A stretch of 22,271 bases of DNA from Candidatus Tenderia sp. (GTDB lineage Bacteria > Pseudomonadota > Gammaproteobacteria > Tenderiales > Tenderiaceae). The number at the start of each line of letters is the position of its first letter. Within the stretch, counting starts at the first letter, position 1. Shown here one piece after another: positions 17,442-22,271 of the stretch. Under the pieces are notes generated by a model, which was not told where the DNA came from, made no database searches, and was given only the letters and a program-made list of their open reading frames with translations. The position numbers and the translations under genes were made by a program. The stretch spans positions 1 through 22,271 of the forward strand of contig JANOSY010000059.1 in assembly GCA_031416075.1 (NCBI GenBank), in the 5' to 3' direction.

Positions 17442-19088
17442 CTACAAATCCTGCAACTGCTCGATAAGCGGTCCAATATGCCGCTCATAATGACGCCAAC
17501 GCTGAACCGACCGTTTGTAGATTGGCTGACGTACCTGGTCATAACTGCTGGTGACAGTCAGGCGGGGGTTTTCATAGTGCCTCATACACTCGTCTTCCCA
17601 TGGCAGATCAAGAAAGGTTAACAGCGCTGCGGTTGTCTGTTCTTGTTGCTCAATAAAGTCTTCATACTGCAACGTAAAAAATGACAGCTTAAGACTCTCC
17701 TTCCAATGCTGCATCAGGTCATGATAACTGCGGTAATAGCTGGCAACCGCATCAAGATCATAGGAGTAGTCATGCCCTTGGTTAAAGGATTGAAAATAAC
17801 AGGAGAGACAAACATCAACCGGGTCACGTACACAGTGAATAATACGGGCTTCGGGAAACAGCCGGGCAATTAACCCCAGATGCAAAAAGTTTTGTGGCAT
17901 CTTGTCAGTCACATATCTTGCCGTGCTATTAAGCCCATTGATATTTTCCAGGTACTGGCCCGCATAAAGGTCAATCTCATCGGCATCCAGGCCCGCCACC
18001 TTCACCCCATAAATACCATCCGGCCCTGCGGCCTGCTGGGCAATCTGGTTAATATAATAGAGTTCTCCTGCAGCAAACACCTGTGAATGACAATCCAGGA
18101 TCTGCTCCACCAGACTAGTGCCTGAGCGTGGCATACCCAAAATAAAAATAGGACGTGCAGCGACACCAGAAGGTTTGGCTGTTCTCTCAAAAAAATCTCT
18201 TGTCAAAATATCTGTGGTGTGGCTGATAAACTGTTGCAGCTCTCCGGCATCAAATCCTTGAAACTTATAACGGTTGGCCTTCTGAAAATGGGCAAACGCA
18301 TTGTCAAAATCAGACTCATGATCATATAAACGGCCAAGATTAAAATGGAGTTCGGCCAACTCATCCGCCGTGAGCAGTTTCGCCTGTGTCTGCAATAATT
18401 TTCGGGTTAACTTAATCACCTTGTTATTAGCACCGGCAGGGCGGGCAATCAACGCATATGCCGTCACCATGTGGTAAGTAGGGGCATGTTTCGCCAGAAG
18501 CACATCCAGTATCTTCTGAGCAGTCTGCCACTCCCCCATACGGGCGTATGCCATTGCTTCAGTAGCATACGGCTTGGGATTGTTTGGGAAGTATTGTTTA
18601 ACATGGGCGCAATGGCCCAACAGCTCTTGATATCGATGGGCGCTGTATAACAGCTTACCTAATAGCTCCAATAGCTGCACATCCGCAGGCGAGCGCTGCA
18701 ACATCAACTGATACAGGGCTATCGCCTCATCAAAACGTTCAGCCGCTGCATAAGCAGCCGCCAGTTTAAATTTGCTCTCCGGAACGTCGGGGTGAAGCTC
18801 GACCATCCTCTGGTAATAGAGCACTGCCTCGTCGTTATACCCCGCATATAGCAGAGTCCCCGCCAGATTGTTAAGCGCCTGTTCCCAATCGGGCTTGAGT
18901 TCAACCGCTTTTTTAAGATTATTAATCGCCTCATCAATTTGGCCGGTTTTTTTCTGAATATTGGCCAGATTGTAATAGCCGAGTGGGAAAGAGGCATCGA
19001 TGGCAATCGCCTCTCGATAAAGGACGATGGCCCGACCAAAGTCGCCTTTCATGGCAAACTCCGTTCCCTCGCGCAACCTACGCATCAT
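17442..19088 (-). CDS. TPR-repeat sulfotransferase family protein
   Basis: N-terminal TPRs (YYNLANI, ALNNLAG, LHFNLGRL) and a sulfotransferase domain (PIFILGMPRSGTSLVEQIL, DKMPQNF, RDPVDVCLSCY, YEDF, SSYDQVRQPIY). Confidence 0.92.
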   Translation of the reverse strand: MMRRLREGTEFAMKGDFGRAIVLYREAIAIDASFPLGYYNLANIQKKTGQIDEAINNLKKAVELKPDWEQALNNLAGTLLYAGYNDEAVLYYQRMVELHPDVPESKFKLAAAYAAAERFDEAIALYQLMLQRSPADVQLLELLGKLLYSAHRYQELLGHCAHVKQYFPNNPKPYATEAMAYARMGEWQTAQKILDVLLAKHAPTYHMVTAYALIARPAGANNKVIKLTRKLLQTQAKLLTADELAELHFNLGRLYDHESDFDNAFAHFQKANRYKFQGFDAGELQQFISHTTDILTRDFFERTAKPSGVAARPIFILGMPRSGTSLVEQILDCHSQVFAAGELYYINQIAQQAAGPDGIYGVKVAGLDADEIDLYAGQYLENINGLNSTARYVTDKMPQNFLHLGLIARLFPEARIIHCVRDPVDVCLSCYFQSFNQGHDYSYDLDAVASYYRSYHDLMQHWKESLKLSFFTLQYEDFIEQQEQTTAALLTFLDLPWEDECMRHYENPRLTVTSSYDQVRQPIYKRSVQRWRHYERHIGPLIEQLQDL

Positions 19089-19311
19089 AGTAGCGCCCTA
19101 CCAGACTAATATAATATGGAGCTGCATACTGTTTGCACCTCGCTGTATAAACCCAACCACAACCCGTTACCCAGTCAAAGGCCAGCAATGCATACCTTTG
19201 CTACTCGTTACCTATGTACCTTCCCAAGGATAACGGCGGCTCTACAGGTTTTCATTAACAGCCCCAAAACAGGCTATTGGTGGGTATTCAGAAATAGGCC
19301 CCGTCAAACGC

Positions 19312-20094
19312 TCATTTAAAGGCGGGACGTTTTATCGACCACTCACGAAACGCTTCTGTACAACGCATATAAATATCCGTTTGGAACGCTTTCTCAAATC
19401 GGACATCAATCACATACGCCTTGGCGCGCAGCTGCATTGCCAAAACCTCTGCCACTGCCACCTCTGCAACGACAATGGTGACAGGCCGATTTAAATAAAC
19501 ATAGCGGCTAGCGACTACAATCTCATATAACAAATCACGTGCCACATGAAAATCAAAGACCAACATCATCTCCAACGCACCGGCATTACCGGATGCAACC
19601 ACATCGGTCATAAAGCGGTTATTGGGTATGGTGATCACATTGTCATCCAACGTTACAAGCCGTACCGCCCGCAAACCAATACTGGTAATTTCACCATAGG
19701 TATCACCAAACGTAACCCGGCCCCCAACCTGAAACGGTCTATCAAACAGCAGAATAAATCCAGCAATCACCGATGCCACCAAATCTTTAAGTGAGAACCC
19801 TATCGCCACAGCGGCACTACTAGTAATCGCAATCATTAACTCTTTTGGCGGACGTAGAATAACGTACACCAGATAACTACTGCCAAACACGTAGATCATA
19901 AAGACAGAGATCGTGACAACCTGGGATATCAACATCCGCCGAAAGGGCAACTTGCTGTAGATCATCTCCCCCAGTTTTTCGAGCGCCTTCACAAACAATA
20001 CCAAGCCAATCAGCGACAACAATAACAGCAGGACATTATCCATACTGAAGATGCCCGATATTTGCAGCAGATTATCCATCCCGGTGCTATCCAT
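19312..20094 (-). CDS. MscS-family small-conductance mechanosensitive channel (possibly degenerate)
   Basis: Three TMs then AIGFSLKD, FDRPFQVG, GEITSIGLRAVRL, DDNVITIPNN. Start set at ATG 20094, overlapping the stop of the upstream remnant, rather than GTG 20226. Confidence 0.8.
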   Translation of the reverse strand: MDSTGMDNLLQISGIFSMDNVLLLLLSLIGLVLFVKALEKLGEMIYSKLPFRRMLISQVVTISVFMIYVFGSSYLVYVILRPPKELMIAITSSAAVAIGFSLKDLVASVIAGFILLFDRPFQVGGRVTFGDTYGEITSIGLRAVRLVTLDDNVITIPNNRFMTDVVASGNAGALEMMLVFDFHVARDLLYEIVVASRYVYLNRPVTIVVAEVAVAEVLAMQLRAKAYVIDVRFEKAFQTDIYMRCTEAFREWSIKRPAFK

Positions 20095-20440
20095 AGATAA
20101 AGTTCTTTCTGGCAAGAAGTTGATTGAGGCACGACTGGGCATTGGGTGTGTTATGGAAACGGCCATTGGCATTTTCTGCCAACGCACGCACCTCCAGACC
20201 AATCTTAATCGCGCCACCCACCACACCTTCAGACAGATTGGTGGCCTGCATCACCTCACTGACTGATCTGTTTTCATACCGCATAATCTCAGCGTAGACA
20301 AACCAGGCATCATCACCTGCATTCTCCAGCCCTTTCACAGGTTTATAACGCGGCACCCCACAGGAAGTTTTTTGTGTGGCAACGGCTTCAGCGAGGCCAG
20401 CCAGAGCGCCATAGCGGCACGTGGATTACCATTCGAATGC
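20087..20440 (-). pseudogene. 3' remnant of an ATP-binding (AAA-like) protein gene, frameshifted
   Basis: One frame reads HSNGNPRAAMALWLASLKPLPHKKLPVG and switches at the GGGG near 20356 to VPRYKPVKGLE...LLARKNFIYG*. No N-terminal part is present. The family call is from recalled resemblance to MscS-adjacent ATPases. Confidence 0.55.
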
Positions 20441-20483
20441 CTATTAAAAAGCATTAAAACACACATTAGGGGCTGGTCTCGAT

Positions 20484-21404
20484 ATGGATATCAATCACTC
20501 AACAGAAATATGGCTTAATGTTTATCTAACTATGTTTGCTGGTCTCGGTTTTTTTTGTCGGTATCAACCTGTTGAGCGAACATCTAAAAAGCTATGGCAA
20601 ACCTTACGTCAGAAAAATAGTGCACACCTTGGCAAGTACCGACATACGCGCCATCTTCAATGGTGCATTAGCCGGTGCCGTCACCAACAGTGGAAAAGCA
20701 GTCACATTCAGCCTGACAGGAATAGTCTCTTCAGGATTAATCAACTCAAGAAAATCCCTGCCACTCATCATTGGTGCCAGCTTCGGCTCCGCACTTCTTG
20801 TACTCTGGGTATCAATAGATTTCAAACTCGTTGACATGATCATGCTTGGCATCGCTGGCCTCTATTTTCAGTTTGGCCAGAAAACGTCATCCAAAGCAAA
20901 ATTCATTGGCGGTGTATTATTAGGATTAGGGCTAATATTTTTCGGCCTAGAGCTGCTAAAAACAGGCGCATCAACGTTCAAGCAAGATGCCGCATTTATG
21001 AGCTTCATTGGCTCTACACACAACTACTGGATAATATCGCTGCTCCTTGGCACAGCCGCAGCTTTTGTTACCCAGTCCGGCTCCACCATCGCCATTATTG
21101 CAATATCATTTTTTGATACCGGCCTGTTAAGTTTTGAACAGGCGATAATGTTTGTCTATGGCACCAACATCGGATCGGGCATTAGCACCGCACTACTCGG
21201 ACTGGGGGTACAAGGCACCTCTCGGCAACTAGTAATATTCCATGCCCTGATAAAAATCATCGGGGCACTCATACTGGTACCACTGCTTTACATCGAATTT
21301 TACGGCGGCGTCCCGCTGATGAAAAAACTGGCCAGTTTTTTTGCCCTCAACCAAGGTGCACAAATAGGCGTTATATACGTCTTATACGAAGTTGTATCCG
21401 GGGC
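20484..21404 (+). pseudogene. Na/Pi cotransporter family (NptA/YjbB-like) gene, frameshifted and IS-truncated
   Basis: ATG 20484 reads ...MFAGLGFF and must change frame in the T8 run (20549-20556) to continue FFVGINLLSEHLK. Motifs NSGKAVT, IIGASFGS, LGLGLIFFGLELLK, TQSGST, GTNIGS. The reading frame runs into an IS end at 21405. Confidence 0.8.
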
Positions 21405-22271
21405 CTCAGTCATCCCCTCATTTTTTAGCTTAAACAAAGCCAAGCATTGCACTCCATGCACGCTGCTCACGCAGCATTTCCGAGAATTTTTGCATGATAG
21501 GCGCAAGCCATTTCTCTGGCATGTTCGGGATCAACCCGTAAATCATCCAGCCTTGGCGGAATAGCGAATGCGTTCGGTGCTTCACCGTGTTCGTTTTTAG
21601 CAGGCGGTCGTAACCAACGCTTTCACCAGCAGCACCTAACAGTGTCAATAATACGATGGCAAAAGCGGAGAGCAGAAATAGTCTATCGCGCCGCGCTGTA
21701 CTCGACGTACGCGTGGCGTACATGCCCATGCCAAAGCGGGGGTCCTTGGTGTCTCGGAAATAGGTCTCTATACCCCAGCGCTTACCGTAGTAATTGATAA
21801 GCTCGGCAGCTTTTGCATCGGTTGCGCTTGACGCTAGACACCACGCTTCTTTCATCTCTTTTGCCCAGACGCAAACCACCGTCGGTACTGCACACTCCTC
21901 GGCTGTGATCTTCGCGTTGCGTAAGGTTTTCGGGCGGCCTGTCGGTGTCACCCAGTCAGCCGTTTGACGCCGCTCGCCATCACTGGCGGTAATCCAGATA
22001 TTCTTTTTTAAACGGATGAGATAATCGAACTTTAGCTCGTCGCGCAGGAATTCAAACAGGCGTGTATCGCCAAATCCGCGATCAGCGATTACGGTGACTT
22101 TTACCCCTGCCGGTAGAACTTCATGTAAACGGCTCAATACTTCATCTTCGTAGTCATTGCGGCGTGCTTTCAACGCGCTCTTTTCTACCGTTTTCCACAC
22201 CAGCGGGGTTGCGCGGCCGTGATTGGTCAGTAAGTTCAGTGCGATCATGGTGTGGCCATCATCATCAAAAT
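21405..22271 (-). mobile_element. IS4-family insertion sequence (IS10-like), partial
   Basis: Terminal sequence CTCAGTCATCCCCTCATTTTTT from 21405 resembles the IS10 end (CTGAGAGATCCCCTCATAATTT). It contains a transposase, and the other end lies outside the window. Confidence 0.85.
21430..22271 (-). CDS. IS4-family DDE transposase, 5'-truncated by the window end
   Basis: Frame is open to the window end (..FDDDGHTMIAL); IADRGF and YGKRWGIETYFRDTK (YREK signature). Confidence 0.93.
   Translation of the reverse strand, partial: FDDDGHTMIALNLLTNHGRATPLVWKTVEKSALKARRNDYEDEVLSRLHEVLPAGVKVTVIADRGFGDTRLFEFLRDELKFDYLIRLKKNIWITASDGERRQTADWVTPTGRPKTLRNAKITAEECAVPTVVCVWAKEMKEAWCLASSATDAKAAELINYYGKRWGIETYFRDTKDPRFGMGMYATRTSSTARRDRLFLLSAFAIVLLTLLGAAGESVGYDRLLKTNTVKHRTHSLFRQGWMIYGLIPNMPEKWLAPIMQKFSEMLREQRAWSAMLGFV

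Noticed and set aside
13905-19088. Apparent sulfur cluster (cysQ, Cys-cluster protein, D-cysteine desulfhydrase-like, sulfotransferase)
   Set aside because: cysQ-nudE-yrfG is a common housekeeping arrangement and the genes are not one operon; nothing in the sequence supports a shared pathway.
20095-20226. N-terminal extension of MscS in the ORF track
   Set aside because: It overlaps the upstream gene remnant in another frame; ATG 20094 fits translational coupling.

Overview
Gammaproteobacterial chromosomal window, mostly housekeeping. It opens with the 5' end of tuf and its tRNA-Tyr/Gly/Thr operon, followed by galE, ilvD, a DODA-type dioxygenase, ttcA, argA, slyX, rsmJ, psiE, cysQ-nudE/yrfG, a YkgJ-family gene, a PLP deaminase and a TPR-sulfotransferase. 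It ends in a decaying accessory stretch: MscS, an ATPase remnant, and a frameshifted Na/Pi transporter cut by an IS4-family (IS10-like) element. Three things stand out that the ORF track misses or mis-calls. (1) A ParA ATPase followed by an unannotated 53-aa disordered protein ending RRVWPD, i.e. an McdAB-like organelle-positioning pair with no carboxysome genes in the window. (2) Two tandem paralogous single-helix micro-peptides (27 and 36 aa) with a structured leader and a repeated operator-like motif. (3) A PEP-CTERM gene plus a divergent pair of atypical NarL-type regulators, where two promoters share an identical 14-bp box at identical spacing from the -35/-10 elements.
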